DNA of 61,782 bases from a virus (taxonomy: Duplodnaviria; Caudoviricetes). Position 1 is the stretch's first letter. Each line of letters opens with the position of its first letter. Shown here one piece after another: positions 17,131 to 27,225 of the stretch. Both the position numbers and the translations under genes were made by a program. Under the pieces are notes generated by a model. The model had not been told where the DNA came from. It saw only the letters and a program-made list of their open reading frames with translations, and ran no database searches. The stretch lies in IMG/VR virus record IMGVR_UViG_3300044922_000479, positions 1-61,782 of that record; one strand, given 5' to 3'.

Positions 17131-17328
17131 ATGAACTACAAACACGGCGGACTCGCAAAAAAAGGCGAAGGCATTGCTAAAAAGGGCTTTGCTAAAGGCG
17201 GCATGGTTGCAGGCGTAAGCCAATCACAGGGTAAAACCTTGAACCAAAACGTTAAGAAAATGGAAGGTGACAAAGTTGCCGTCCGTGGTGTTGGCGCAGC
17301 CCGTGCCCGCACAGCAATGATCTACTGA
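17131..17328 (+). CDS. Small basic protein with YKHGG/FAKGG and RGVGxA motifs
   Basis: 65 aa, AAGGA RBS; C-terminus resembles that of 16445-16627. Confidence 0.72.
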   Translation: MNYKHGGLAKKGEGIAKKGFAKGGMVAGVSQSQGKTLNQNVKKMEGDKVAVRGVGAARARTAMIY

Positions 17329-17329
17329 T

Positions 17330-18007
17330 ATGGCTGTTTCCGGCGTATCCGATTTTGATCTGCAGTTTGACGACCTCATAGCTGAGGCGTATGAGCGCTG
17401 CGGTATTGAGGTGCGCGACGGTTACGACATGAAGACGGCGCTTCGCTCCGTCAACTTGATTTTTGCAGAGTGGGCCAACCGTGGTCTTAATCTGTGGACG
17501 ATTGAGCAGCGCCAGCAGGTGCTGACTCCCGGTGTGTATGAGTATGACCTACCCGCAGACACGATTGACGGCCTCTCAGCCGTGATTCGGACCAATGCAG
17601 GCCAGTCTACCCAGCAGGACATCACAATCGACCGTATAGGCCGCGCTGAGTGGCTGCATGTGCCTAACAAGTTGACCCAGTCACGTCCTGCGCAGTACTA
17701 CATTCAACGCACAGTGCCGGCCAAGGTGTTTTTGTACCCAGCACCGGATGCAACGCAGACTTGGACGTTTGTCTACTATGCGATTCGCCGCATGGATAAC
17801 GCGGGCGGTTTTACTAACACTGCTGACATCTCTTTCCGATTCTTGCCTTGTTTAGCGGCAGCGTTGGCGTACTATTTGGCTGTCAAGAAAGCCCCTGACC
17901 GTGTCATGCTGCTCAAGCAAATGTACGAAGAAGAGTTTATGCGTGCAGCAGCAGAAGACCGTGAGCGCTCGGGCTTCTTTGTGGTACCTACGTATACACA
18001 GAGGTAA
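17330..18007 (+). CDS. Head-tail adaptor / tail tubular protein A-like
   Basis: Helical N-terminus, WANRGLNLW, YDLPAD, RPAQYY, LYPAPD, C-terminal helices typical of podovirus adaptors. Confidence 0.7.
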   Translation: MAVSGVSDFDLQFDDLIAEAYERCGIEVRDGYDMKTALRSVNLIFAEWANRGLNLWTIEQRQQVLTPGVYEYDLPADTIDGLSAVIRTNAGQSTQQDITIDRIGRAEWLHVPNKLTQSRPAQYYIQRTVPAKVFLYPAPDATQTWTFVYYAIRRMDNAGGFTNTADISFRFLPCLAAALAYYLAVKKAPDRVMLLKQMYEEEFMRAAAEDRERSGFFVVPTYTQR

Positions 18008-18010
18008 CCC

Positions 18011-18340
18011 ATGGCCTATGTATCAGGCAAATTTGCAATTGCGCTGTGCGACAGGTGTGGCCAACGGTACAAACTCAATACGCTTACCAAGGAATGGACA
18101 GGCTTTAAGACCTGCCCTGAGTGCTATGAGCCCAAGCACCCACAACTTGAGCCAAAGCGTTCAATAAATGAGCCACAAGCCTTGCAACAACCTCGTCCAG
18201 AGAGTAGACTTGGGGTTACCGTCTACGTCGGGTTCACGGCTGATACTTCGTTTGCTAGTATCGGAATGATGCCGATGCCTTATGCCAAACCACTGACTGC
18301 TCAAGCAGTCCTTGGAACAGTCACAACGAGCATCACATGA
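18011..18340 (+). CDS. Zn-finger-like virion-module protein
   Basis: CDRCG...CPEC, KHPQL. Confidence 0.75.
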   Translation: MAYVSGKFAIALCDRCGQRYKLNTLTKEWTGFKTCPECYEPKHPQLEPKRSINEPQALQQPRPESRLGVTVYVGFTADTSFASIGMMPMPYAKPLTAQAVLGTVTTSIT

Positions 18341-19179
18341 CATACACCGAATTAAAAGCTGCCATCATTGCTTACACCGAAAATCAGGGGTTTACGGCCA
18401 CTGATTTAGCCACGTTTACAAAGCAGGCAGAGCAGCGCATTTACAATTCGGTTCAGATTGCCAATTTGCGCAAGAACGTTACGGGAGTCTTGTCTTCCGG
18501 CAACAAATATTTGGCTTGCCCTAACGATTATCTATCCAGCTATTCACTGGCTGTTTATCCATTTGTCAGCACGACTGCAACAGGTACTGCTGGTCAATCA
18601 ACAATTGTTGTAGCCAGCGCCTCGGGTATTGTTGTGGGTCAATATGCTGCTGGAACAGGTATTGGCACAGAAGCGGTAGTGACACTGATTGTGGGCACCA
18701 CTATCACACTGAGTGTGGCCAATAGTGGCACCGTGTCAGGAGCAGTGACGTTCCAAGGCGATTACACGTACTTGTTGAACAAGGATGTAAACTTTATTCG
18801 TGAGGTGTATCCTAATCCGCGTGATATAGCAATCCCTAAGTATTACGCTATCTTTGGCCCACAGTCCGCAAATGACGCTGAGTTGTCGTTCATTTTAGGA
18901 CCAACGCCTGATGCAAATTACTACGCTGAGTTGCATTACTACTACTATCCACCATCCATTGTGACTGCGGAAACAACGTGGCTGGGCGATAACTTTGACT
19001 CTGCACTTTTGTATGGTTGCTTGGTGGAAGCCTACACATACATGAAGGGCGAGCAGGATATGATGGTTTTGTACGATACCAAGTACAAAGAAGCACTGAT
19101 GCTCTTGAAGAACTTGGGTGATGGTAAGCAACGTGGTGACGCTTATCGCGACGGTCAACTTAAACTGCCTGTGAGGTAA
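18337..19179 (+). CDS. Second adaptor-like tail protein with a beta-rich insertion
   Basis: MTYTELK..I, AEQRI, PKYYA, GPTPD, LLYGCLVEAYTYMKG. Confidence 0.7.
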   Translation: MTYTELKAAIIAYTENQGFTATDLATFTKQAEQRIYNSVQIANLRKNVTGVLSSGNKYLACPNDYLSSYSLAVYPFVSTTATGTAGQSTIVVASASGIVVGQYAAGTGIGTEAVVTLIVGTTITLSVANSGTVSGAVTFQGDYTYLLNKDVNFIREVYPNPRDIAIPKYYAIFGPQSANDAELSFILGPTPDANYYAELHYYYYPPSIVTAETTWLGDNFDSALLYGCLVEAYTYMKGEQDMMVLYDTKYKEALMLLKNLGDGKQRGDAYRDGQLKLPVR

Positions 19180-19182
19180 TAG

Positions 19183-19599
19183 ATGATTACAGCAGGACTT
19201 ACCGATAGTTTTAAGCAGCAGTTATTGCTGGGTGTGCATGATTTTGCAACGGATACGTTTCGTATTGCGTTGTATACGTCTTCTGCTACGCTAGGTCCCA
19301 ATACAACTATCTACAGCAGCACAAATGAGGTATCTGGAACAGGATACACCGCACCGGGTCTGGTTTTAACAAATATCACTATCCTTCTCTCACAAGGGGT
19401 GGCATATGTTAGTTTTGACAATCCTGCATGGGTAGGCGCAACATTTACCACGCGTGGAGCATTGATTTATAACGCTACCAAGGCGGGGAAATCAGTTGGC
19501 GTGCTTAATTTTGGTGTGGATCAGACCATGTTAGGCCAATCTTTTACCATTCAACTTCCGACAAACAATCCGGAAAACGCATTAATCCGCATCTCTTAA
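19183..19599 (+). CDS. Tail-associated structural protein
   Basis: SFKQQLLLGVHDF..DTFRIALY, NEVSGTGY, RGALIYN. Confidence 0.7.
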   Translation: MITAGLTDSFKQQLLLGVHDFATDTFRIALYTSSATLGPNTTIYSSTNEVSGTGYTAPGLVLTNITILLSQGVAYVSFDNPAWVGATFTTRGALIYNATKAGKSVGVLNFGVDQTMLGQSFTIQLPTNNPENALIRIS

Positions 19600-19609
19600 G
19601 GAGCCTCAC

Positions 19610-20173
19610 ATGAGCTTGGACAAAATCACCGCTACCGACCAAGTAGCCGCAATTACAAAATACAATACCATGCCTTCTGATGAGATGGCTATACACGGTA
19701 CATACCATGCTGTTTGCTACGGCGCTGATGGGCAAGTCAAATGGGAAGCCCCTATTGAAAACTTGGTAACGACTGTCGGTAAGAACTTGACCTTGGATAC
19801 TATCCTTGGCAACTCAGCCGCTGGTGCAGTTGTGATGGGTCTAAAGGGTGTGGGTACTGCTAACGTTGCAGACACACAAGCTTCTCACGCAAGCTGGTTA
19901 GAAGTGGGTGGCACTAACGCTCCTGCTTATTCTGGCAACCGTCCTACACCATCATTTAGCTCAGCCGCCGCTGCAAGCAAGGCTACGTCTTCTGCCGTGT
20001 CATTCTCTATGACCAGCACAGGTACTGTGGCGGGTTGTTTTATCAACATTGGCGGTAGCGCAACTAAAGATTCAACCACTGGCACATTGTTCTCTGCGGG
20101 TGATTTCTCTAGTTCTAAGGCTGTTGTTAATGGCGACACAATTGCGGTCACGTACCAGTTAACATTGACTTGA
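19610..20173 (+). CDS. Tail-associated structural protein
   Basis: NLVTTVGKN, GTLFSAGDF..VVNGDTIAVTY; beta-rich. Confidence 0.7.
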   Translation: MSLDKITATDQVAAITKYNTMPSDEMAIHGTYHAVCYGADGQVKWEAPIENLVTTVGKNLTLDTILGNSAAGAVVMGLKGVGTANVADTQASHASWLEVGGTNAPAYSGNRPTPSFSSAAAASKATSSAVSFSMTSTGTVAGCFINIGGSATKDSTTGTLFSAGDFSSSKAVVNGDTIAVTYQLTLT

Positions 20174-20174
20174 T

Positions 20175-21011
20175 ATGGCGTTAGCTTGGGGTGACGGCGC
20201 ATGGGGTGATAACGCATGGGGCGGGGGGGAGACTTTTCCTGTCAGCGTTACTGAAACTACCGCATTAGCCGAATCCCAAGCTGCTGGGTTATTGATTGAT
20301 GTAAGTATTACCGAGTCGTTGACTGGTGGTACGTCTTGGGGTCAAGACGCTTGGGGTTCTGGTTCTTGGAGTGGCACATCAGGCATTCAGGATGTTCAGA
20401 CTGTAGCTTTGACAATGAATGTGGCAGTAGATGAGTCTGCTGCTATTGCTGAAGCCCAGTCTGCTACTGCGGTGTTTGCGGGGGCTGTAACGGAAACTGC
20501 TGCTATTGCTGAGGTAAATGAAGCAATAACCAGCTACAACGTCAGTGTGGCGGATAGCCAGACCATTACGGATGAGGAGGCAGCGCAGACAAGTTACAAC
20601 GAAAGCGTGTCGGAGTCAATGAGTATTGCGGATGTAGAGACAGCGGTTGCTACATTCTTGGGTGATATATCGGAGTCGATTGCAATAGCAGAAGCACAGG
20701 TGGCTGTGCTGATTATGACCATCAATGAGTCGATGGGTATTGCAGAAGGAACGACTGTAGGAACGTATTACCAAGAGTTTTTGACTGAGTCTGCGGCAAT
20801 TACGGATACAAATACGGGTGGTGCAAACTACCGAGTAAGCCAGACGGAAACGATGGCTATAACGGAAACAAATGGTGGACGCTTTTTGTGGGAAATTATT
20901 GATGACACACAGGGCGTTACATGGCAAAATATCAGCAATCCACAAACACCGGGCTGGTCGGATGTTGATACAACTGAATCGCCCGGTTGGACACAAATTT
21001 CTACACAGTAG
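20175..21011 (+). CDS. Acidic repetitive fibre-like protein with WGxxxWG motifs
   Basis: Repeats of about 19 aa (VxESxAIxE); WGDGAWGDNAWGG and WGQDAWGSGSWSG. Confidence 0.7.
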   Translation: MALAWGDGAWGDNAWGGGETFPVSVTETTALAESQAAGLLIDVSITESLTGGTSWGQDAWGSGSWSGTSGIQDVQTVALTMNVAVDESAAIAEAQSATAVFAGAVTETAAIAEVNEAITSYNVSVADSQTITDEEAAQTSYNESVSESMSIADVETAVATFLGDISESIAIAEAQVAVLIMTINESMGIAEGTTVGTYYQEFLTESAAITDTNTGGANYRVSQTETMAITETNGGRFLWEIIDDTQGVTWQNISNPQTPGWSDVDTTESPGWTQISTQ

Positions 21012-21020
21012 GAGCAATAA

Positions 21021-21836
21021 ATGGCAAAGACATCCCTTATAGGTCTAACCCTCCCGGCAACAGGCACGTTGTCCGGTCAGTGGGGCGACACAGTCAACAA
21101 CGCCATTTCCCAGATTGTGGACGTTGCGGTAGCGGGTACACAGACAATTACTGTTGATACAGACATTGATTTGGCGGTTACAGAGGGTACATACGCAAGC
21201 ACGGGCCTAACAGCCAATAGCTCTCAGTACGCTGTTCTTCTATGCACGGGCGCGCGTACAGCACTGCGCTTCATTAACACCCCCAAGCAGTCTAAGACCT
21301 ACGTTGTCATCAACGATACGACAGGCGGCTTTGCGGTAACAGTTCGTGGTGGCCCTTCAACTCCTACAACGGGCGTAACGGTAGCGGCTGGTACTCGTGC
21401 AATCATTGCTTGGAACGGTACAGACTTTGTTAATGTGGGCGGTGGTTCTGCGGCAGGTTCCAATACACAGGTTCAGTTCAATAGCTCTGGTTCATTTGGT
21501 GCTTCTGCTAACCTGACGTTTGACGGTACAACGCTGACAGCCAACGACATCATTGATTCTTCACTGACAGCCAGCAAGCCTGTATTCACAAACGGCAGTA
21601 AGAACTTGGTGTCTACTGGAACTTTGGGTGTGGATCAAGGCGGTACAGGTTTAACCACTTTGACTGCTAACAACGTTATTCTGGGTAACGGCGCATCCAA
21701 CCCAACTTTTGTAGCCCCCGGCACAAACGGTAATGTTTTGGTGTCTAACGGCACTACGTGGACATCTGCTGCACCTGCGGCATCTGGTGTATCTCAAGCG
21801 AGAGCAACGGCTATCGCAATGGTCTTTGGCTTTTAA
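21021..21836 (+). CDS. Tail fibre-like protein
   Basis: G.LSGQWGDTVN N-terminal domain, GSNTQVQFNSSG, DQGGTG, GNVLVSNGTTW fibre motifs; C-terminal AIAMVFG. Confidence 0.75.
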   Translation: MAKTSLIGLTLPATGTLSGQWGDTVNNAISQIVDVAVAGTQTITVDTDIDLAVTEGTYASTGLTANSSQYAVLLCTGARTALRFINTPKQSKTYVVINDTTGGFAVTVRGGPSTPTTGVTVAAGTRAIIAWNGTDFVNVGGGSAAGSNTQVQFNSSGSFGASANLTFDGTTLTANDIIDSSLTASKPVFTNGSKNLVSTGTLGVDQGGTGLTTLTANNVILGNGASNPTFVAPGTNGNVLVSNGTTWTSAAPAASGVSQARATAIAMVFGF

Positions 21837-21845
21837 GGAACTATC

Positions 21846-22241
21846 ATGGCAAATCCAAATCTTTTCGCCGCGACCACAGCGTCAGGCACAACTACATACC
21901 TCACACCTAGCGCAACAACCGCAGTGGTTTTGGTTCCTAACGCCGCTTCTAGCGGTCAGGTCTTCAAGATCAACAACATTGTTGCGGCTAACGTGAACGG
22001 TTCTGCGGCAGTGGATACTACTGTAGCTATCTACACAAACGGCGCGGTAGCTCAAGGCTCTGCTCCTAGTGGCGGTACAGCGTACCCCATCGTGTCTACT
22101 GTGTCTGTACCTGCTGATGCTTCTTTGATCGTAACGGACAAGACTACAGCCTTGTATTTGATGGAAGGCTCATCAATTATTGTTACTTCCGGTACAGCCA
22201 GCGGCATCACATACAGTATTTCATACGAAGTAATTTCCTAA
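21846..22241 (+). CDS. Small fibre-associated beta-sandwich protein
   Basis: MANPN, GQVFKINNIVAANVNG, VSVPADASL, SYEVIS; lies between the fibre and the repeat proteins. Confidence 0.7.
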   Translation: MANPNLFAATTASGTTTYLTPSATTAVVLVPNAASSGQVFKINNIVAANVNGSAAVDTTVAIYTNGAVAQGSAPSGGTAYPIVSTVSVPADASLIVTDKTTALYLMEGSSIIVTSGTASGITYSISYEVIS

Positions 22242-22255
22242 TTTAGGAGGGCATC

Positions 22256-24337
22256 ATGCCAATGCGTCCTCCTGCTGGGTTTATCTCAGCCTTTTATGAT
22301 CCGCTGAACAATCCTAATGCGCCAACCATTGGGACGGCGTCACCTGACGATCAATCTGCATCTGTTGCATTTACTGCGCCAACTAATGTGGGTGGTTCGG
22401 CTATTACATCGTACACAGCCATCTCAACGCCGGGTTCTTTTATTGGCACAGCCGCATCGTCTCCTGTTACGGTGTCTGGGCTGACTAATGGTTCATCGTA
22501 CACATTTGCTGTATGGGCAACAAATACTTATGGGCCAAGCGCATTTAGCGCGTCAAGCGGCAGTGTAATCCCCGCTATACAGCCTTATGGTTTGTTTGTG
22601 GGTAGCGATGGTGGTTCAAATGTTGTAAACAGAATCAACATATCTACAACTGGAAATGCTACGGATTTTGGGGATAGTTTGATTGGTAGGGATGGCCCCG
22701 GTGCTTGTTCCTCTAGCACTCGCGGTCTTGTGGCTGGTGGTTACAACTACCCATCAGGAAACCAAAATTCTATTGAGTACTACACATTTTCGTCACCCGG
22801 CAATGCCACGGATTTTGGCGATTTAACTACTGGCAAAAACGGATTAGCTGGATGCTCAAATGCGGTGCGCGGAATGTTTGGTGGCGGTACTATTGACAGA
22901 AATGCAATTGAGTATGTAACTATTCAGTCTTTAGGGAATGCCATAGATTTTGGTGATTTAACTCGTGGCGCATATTATATTTCGGCGCTATCTTCATCTA
23001 CCCGAGGTGTTTGGGGTGGGGGTAATGGCCCTTTAACTAACATTATTGATTATGTAACCATAGCTTCTACTGGGAATGCCTCAGATTTTGGTGATCTGTT
23101 ATTGGAAACTACTACTTTGGCAGGGTGCGCTTCTGCTACTAGAGGTTTATTTGGCGGTGGCAGTTCTAACTCTGTGGTTTATAACATCATCCAATATATT
23201 ACGATTGCGTCGACAGGCAACGCCATAGACTTTGGTGATCTTTCAAGCACAATCAATGGCCTTGCGGCTTGTGCATCTGATACTAGAGGTATTTTTGCTG
23301 GCGGTTTTGACCACATAGCTGGCGATAGAACCAACGTTATCCAGTACGTCACAATTGCTTCTACAGGGAACACGGCAGATTTTGGCGATCTTACGAATGC
23401 ACCAAACAACTTTGCAGGCTGCTCATCAGGAGCCGCCGCTGTCCAACCAACACCAACAAGTTCTGCTATGGCAGTATTTTTAGGTGGTGACACAAGCGCA
23501 TCCCAACAGTCCATGCAGTATATAAATATTGCTTCTACTGGAAATGCGTATATGTGGGGGCAGTTATCTAATACACAGACTAATTGGGCTGGATGTGGCT
23601 CTAGCACTACAGGTGTTGCTGGTGGTGGAACCATTAGTGGAACAAGAACAAACGTCATTCAATACTTTACTTACGCCACCCAAAGTGGGACTGCTACATT
23701 TGGAAACTTGTCGCAGTCTCGTACTAATTTGGCGGCGTTATCAAATGACACTCGCGGTGTTTTTGCGGGAGGTGATATTCCGGGAAATGTTTCTGCTGTA
23801 ATGGATTATGTAACTATTGCATCCACTGGAAATGCAACTTCGTTTGGTAACTTACTTAGTGTTGTTTTTAGAGAGGCTGGCTGTGCATCATCCACTAGAG
23901 GAATATTTAGTGGGGGCAACAATAATAGTACCACCATCAACGTAATTCAATACATTACCATTGCAACAACTGGCAACGCAACCGACTTTGGCGACTTAAC
24001 TGTGGCTCGTCAATATCTAGCCGCTTGCTCGTCTTCTACCAGAGCTTTATTTGCGGGTGGCGAAAGCGCCGTTACCAATGTAATTGACTACGTTACTATT
24101 GCCTCCACTGGTAATGCAACTGACTTTGGTGATTTAACGGTTGCACGAGTTCAATTGTCTGGCGCTTCTTCATCCACAAGAGGTGTATTTGCTGGCGGCG
24201 CTGACTCATCTGGCCCAAATACCAATATTTTGGATTACGTTACGATTGCCTCCGCAGGAAATGCTACCGATTTTGGTGATCTGTCTGGCGCTTATGTAAA
24301 TATGGCGGCTTGTTCTAACGCCCACGGAGGTATCTAA
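22256..24337 (+). CDS. Fibronectin type III domain plus 12 Kelch-like repeats (two predicted 6-blade propellers)
   Basis: FN3 motif PNAPTIGTA...GGSAITSY...VSGLTNGSSYTFAVWATN; 12 repeats ending FGDL/FGNL/WGQL/FGDS. Confidence 0.85.
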   Translation: MPMRPPAGFISAFYDPLNNPNAPTIGTASPDDQSASVAFTAPTNVGGSAITSYTAISTPGSFIGTAASSPVTVSGLTNGSSYTFAVWATNTYGPSAFSASSGSVIPAIQPYGLFVGSDGGSNVVNRINISTTGNATDFGDSLIGRDGPGACSSSTRGLVAGGYNYPSGNQNSIEYYTFSSPGNATDFGDLTTGKNGLAGCSNAVRGMFGGGTIDRNAIEYVTIQSLGNAIDFGDLTRGAYYISALSSSTRGVWGGGNGPLTNIIDYVTIASTGNASDFGDLLLETTTLAGCASATRGLFGGGSSNSVVYNIIQYITIASTGNAIDFGDLSSTINGLAACASDTRGIFAGGFDHIAGDRTNVIQYVTIASTGNTADFGDLTNAPNNFAGCSSGAAAVQPTPTSSAMAVFLGGDTSASQQSMQYINIASTGNAYMWGQLSNTQTNWAGCGSSTTGVAGGGTISGTRTNVIQYFTYATQSGTATFGNLSQSRTNLAALSNDTRGVFAGGDIPGNVSAVMDYVTIASTGNATSFGNLLSVVFREAGCASSTRGIFSGGNNNSTTINVIQYITIATTGNATDFGDLTVARQYLAACSSSTRALFAGGESAVTNVIDYVTIASTGNATDFGDLTVARVQLSGASSSTRGVFAGGADSSGPNTNILDYVTIASAGNATDFGDLSGAYVNMAACSNAHGGI

Positions 24338-25270
24338 ATGCCAAGCTATTCAGGGGTATGGACACTCACTGCTCAGTACCAAGCCAAGGGTGCGGGGAAT
24401 TGGCCTTTGCCGCCTTTGACGGGGGACATTGGTCTAATTGCTGGTGGAAACCAAAACGCAATTAACTACATCACGATAACTGCAACGGGTAACTCTACAG
24501 ATTTTGGCGATCTACTTGCGTCCACTAGCGTTTTAGCGGCTTGCTCCTCTTCTACAAGGGGTGTGTTTGGTGGTGGTGAAACTGGATCAAGAACAAACGT
24601 TATTCAATATGTCACCATTGCTAGTGTTGGTAACGCTACGGATTTTGGAGACTTAACCGCTGCTAAAGGGTATCTTGCTGGGTGTTCAAATAGTACGCGA
24701 GGTTTATTTGGGGGCGGTGATGCTACCACTAATATTATTTCTTACATTACTATCGCCACTACTGGTAATGCAACATCATTTGGTGATTTGACACTTGCAA
24801 GATATTCTGTTGGTGGCCTTGCCTCAAGTACACGCGGCGTGTTTTTTGGTGGGGACAACACTGGCGAACGTAATATTATTGATTATGTGACTATTGCTTC
24901 AACTGGAAACGCTACCGATTTTGGCGACCTACTAACACCTGAAGAACGAGTTCAGGGTTGTGCAAGTTCAACCAGAGGAGTAATGGCTGGCGGTCAATCA
25001 CCAACGTCAAACGTTATTCAATACATCACAATTGCTTCCACAGGAAATGCAACGGATTTTGGTGATTTAACTGTGGCAAGAAACTACACGCCGGGGGCTT
25101 CAAATTCAACACGTGGAGTTTTTTGCGGTGGTAATGATGGCGGCAGTGGGTTAAATGTTATGGACTACATTACTATTGATTCAACTGGTAATGCCACTGA
25201 TTTTGGTGATTTACCCAATACAGATTTTGCCCAACCAGCCGCCTGCTCTAACTCTCACGGGGGTCTATAA
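24338..25270 (+). CDS. 6 Kelch-like repeats (one predicted propeller)
   Basis: Six YxTIxxxGNAxxFGDL...STRGxxxGG repeats; N-terminal SGVWTL..Q..WP. Confidence 0.85.
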   Translation: MPSYSGVWTLTAQYQAKGAGNWPLPPLTGDIGLIAGGNQNAINYITITATGNSTDFGDLLASTSVLAACSSSTRGVFGGGETGSRTNVIQYVTIASVGNATDFGDLTAAKGYLAGCSNSTRGLFGGGDATTNIISYITIATTGNATSFGDLTLARYSVGGLASSTRGVFFGGDNTGERNIIDYVTIASTGNATDFGDLLTPEERVQGCASSTRGVMAGGQSPTSNVIQYITIASTGNATDFGDLTVARNYTPGASNSTRGVFCGGNDGGSGLNVMDYITIDSTGNATDFGDLPNTDFAQPAACSNSHGGL

Positions 25271-25272
25271 AA

Positions 25273-27198
25273 ATGGCAATCTCTTCATGGAACGCGGGCA
25301 TCATCAGACCCGTACCCGTAGCTCCTGCTGGGCCGTATCAAGACGGAGCGGCTCCCGGTGTGTGGACGCTGGCTCAAGTAGCCTTTTGGAATCAACAAGG
25401 GTTGTGGCCCACGGCTGGTAATCTTGCGCCTATTGGTTTGTTTGGTGGTGGAACACCAGATTCGTCAGCGGTATACAACACAATTGATAGGGTCGTAATA
25501 TCTTCTGCGGGTAACGCTACTGACTTTGGTGACCTTACGGTTGCAAGATTTGGCACTGGGTCTTGTTCGTCAAATACGCGAGGGCTTTGGGGTGGCGGCA
25601 CAAATTCTGTTGGTTCGGCAGTTAACGTAATTGATTACGTTACTATTTCCACGGCTGGTAATGCTACGGATTTTGGCGATTTAACAGTAGCTCGTGGATA
25701 TCAACTTGGTGGTTTTTCAAATTACGTTCGCGGGTGTTTTGCAGGCGGTAGTGGGCCTTCTAACGTAATTGATTACGTAACAATTGCTTCTGCTGGAAAC
25801 GCTACGGATTTTGGTGATTTAACATTTGCGGCTCAAGGCGCGGCGGCTTGTGCCTCGACAACTCGTGGTGTTATTGGCGGTGGCTATGACTCTGCACAGC
25901 GAAACGTAATTCAGTACATCACTATTGCTTCAACGGGTAATGCCACAGATTTTGGCGATTTAATACAAGTTAATTATTACTTAGCTGGATGCGCTTCGGA
26001 AACTCGTGGAGTGTTTAGTGGCGGTCAAACAACGTCAGGCGTTGTTATAAATGTAATCCAATATATCACTATTGCCACTACTGGCAATGCAACAGACTTT
26101 GGTGATTTATTAGGTACAAACTCCGTATTGGGCGCTTGCGCTTCTTCTACTAGAGGGGTTATGGGTGGCGGTTATTATAATGCCACAACCTCAAACGTCG
26201 TAGAGTACATCACCATTGCGTCTACCGGCAATGCAACTGATTTTGGTGATCTAACTCAGGCTAGGTATTTTGTGTCAGGGCTTTCTTCTGCCGCCGAAGC
26301 TGTCCAGCCCACACCAACAAGTGCGGCTATAGCTATTTTTGCTGGTGGTTACAACTCGGCAAGCGAGTACGTCAGCTTAATTGACTACGTCAATATTGCC
26401 ACCACAGGTAACGCATATATGTTTGGCGACTTGATTGCGCCAATGGGATTTTTAAATAGAAGCGGATGTGCTAGTAGCACTCGCGGCATCATTGCTGGCG
26501 GTTTTAATTCAGTTACCACTAACAATGTAATACAGTACATTACATTTGCATCTTTTGGCAACGCATTAGATTTTGGTGACTTGACTGGCAATAATTATAT
26601 AACTGCGGGGTGTAACTCAAGCACCAGAGGATTGTTTGGTGGTGGCTCTAGTGGGCCAACAAATGTTATTCAATACGTCACCATTGCTTCTGTTGGCAAC
26701 GCTACAGATTTTGGCGATCTTACTCTTGCACGAGGGGGGCTTGGTGGTTGTTCATCTTCCACCAGAGGTGTGTTTGGCGCGGGCTATGATGGAGCAGGTG
26801 TAAACGTAATTGATTACGTCACTATCGCAACCACTGGCAACGCTACTGACTTTGGTGACACGGTTATTGCAGGCTATAACATAACAGCGTTTTCAAATTC
26901 AACTAGAGGAATTTGGGCGGGTGGGACTGACAGCGGTGGAACCGCCGTTAATATTATCCAATACGTCACTATCGCTACAACAGGAAACACTACTGATTTT
27001 GGTGACTTAATTACAGATGCATCAATTTTGGCTTCTGGAAGTTCTGCTACAACAGGGGTTATTGGTGGTGGTAGTGGCACAATTAACGTCATCCAATATG
27101 TCACCATTGCTTCAACAGGCAACTCAATAGATTTTGGCGATCTTACTCAAGGACGAGCAAGTCTTGCTGGTTGTTCTAACTCCAATGGTGGTTTATAG
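25273..27198 (+). CDS. 12 Kelch-like repeats (two predicted propellers)
   Basis: Twelve repeats; VQPTPTS linker shared with 22256-24337. Confidence 0.85.
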   Translation: MAISSWNAGIIRPVPVAPAGPYQDGAAPGVWTLAQVAFWNQQGLWPTAGNLAPIGLFGGGTPDSSAVYNTIDRVVISSAGNATDFGDLTVARFGTGSCSSNTRGLWGGGTNSVGSAVNVIDYVTISTAGNATDFGDLTVARGYQLGGFSNYVRGCFAGGSGPSNVIDYVTIASAGNATDFGDLTFAAQGAAACASTTRGVIGGGYDSAQRNVIQYITIASTGNATDFGDLIQVNYYLAGCASETRGVFSGGQTTSGVVINVIQYITIATTGNATDFGDLLGTNSVLGACASSTRGVMGGGYYNATTSNVVEYITIASTGNATDFGDLTQARYFVSGLSSAAEAVQPTPTSAAIAIFAGGYNSASEYVSLIDYVNIATTGNAYMFGDLIAPMGFLNRSGCASSTRGIIAGGFNSVTTNNVIQYITFASFGNALDFGDLTGNNYITAGCNSSTRGLFGGGSSGPTNVIQYVTIASVGNATDFGDLTLARGGLGGCSSSTRGVFGAGYDGAGVNVIDYVTIATTGNATDFGDTVIAGYNITAFSNSTRGIWAGGTDSGGTAVNIIQYVTIATTGNTTDFGDLITDASILASGSSATTGVIGGGSGTINVIQYVTIASTGNSIDFGDLTQGRASLAGCSNSNGGL

Positions 27199-27225
27199 TA
27201 CAAGTCCCAACAACAGGAGAACCAA

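Noticed and set aside
22256-27198. Repeats as a CRISPR array or DGR template/variable pair
   Set aside because: They are in-frame protein repeats with synonymous divergence. No identical DNA repeats with spacers, no adenine-specific pair noticed, and no reverse transcriptase or cas genes.
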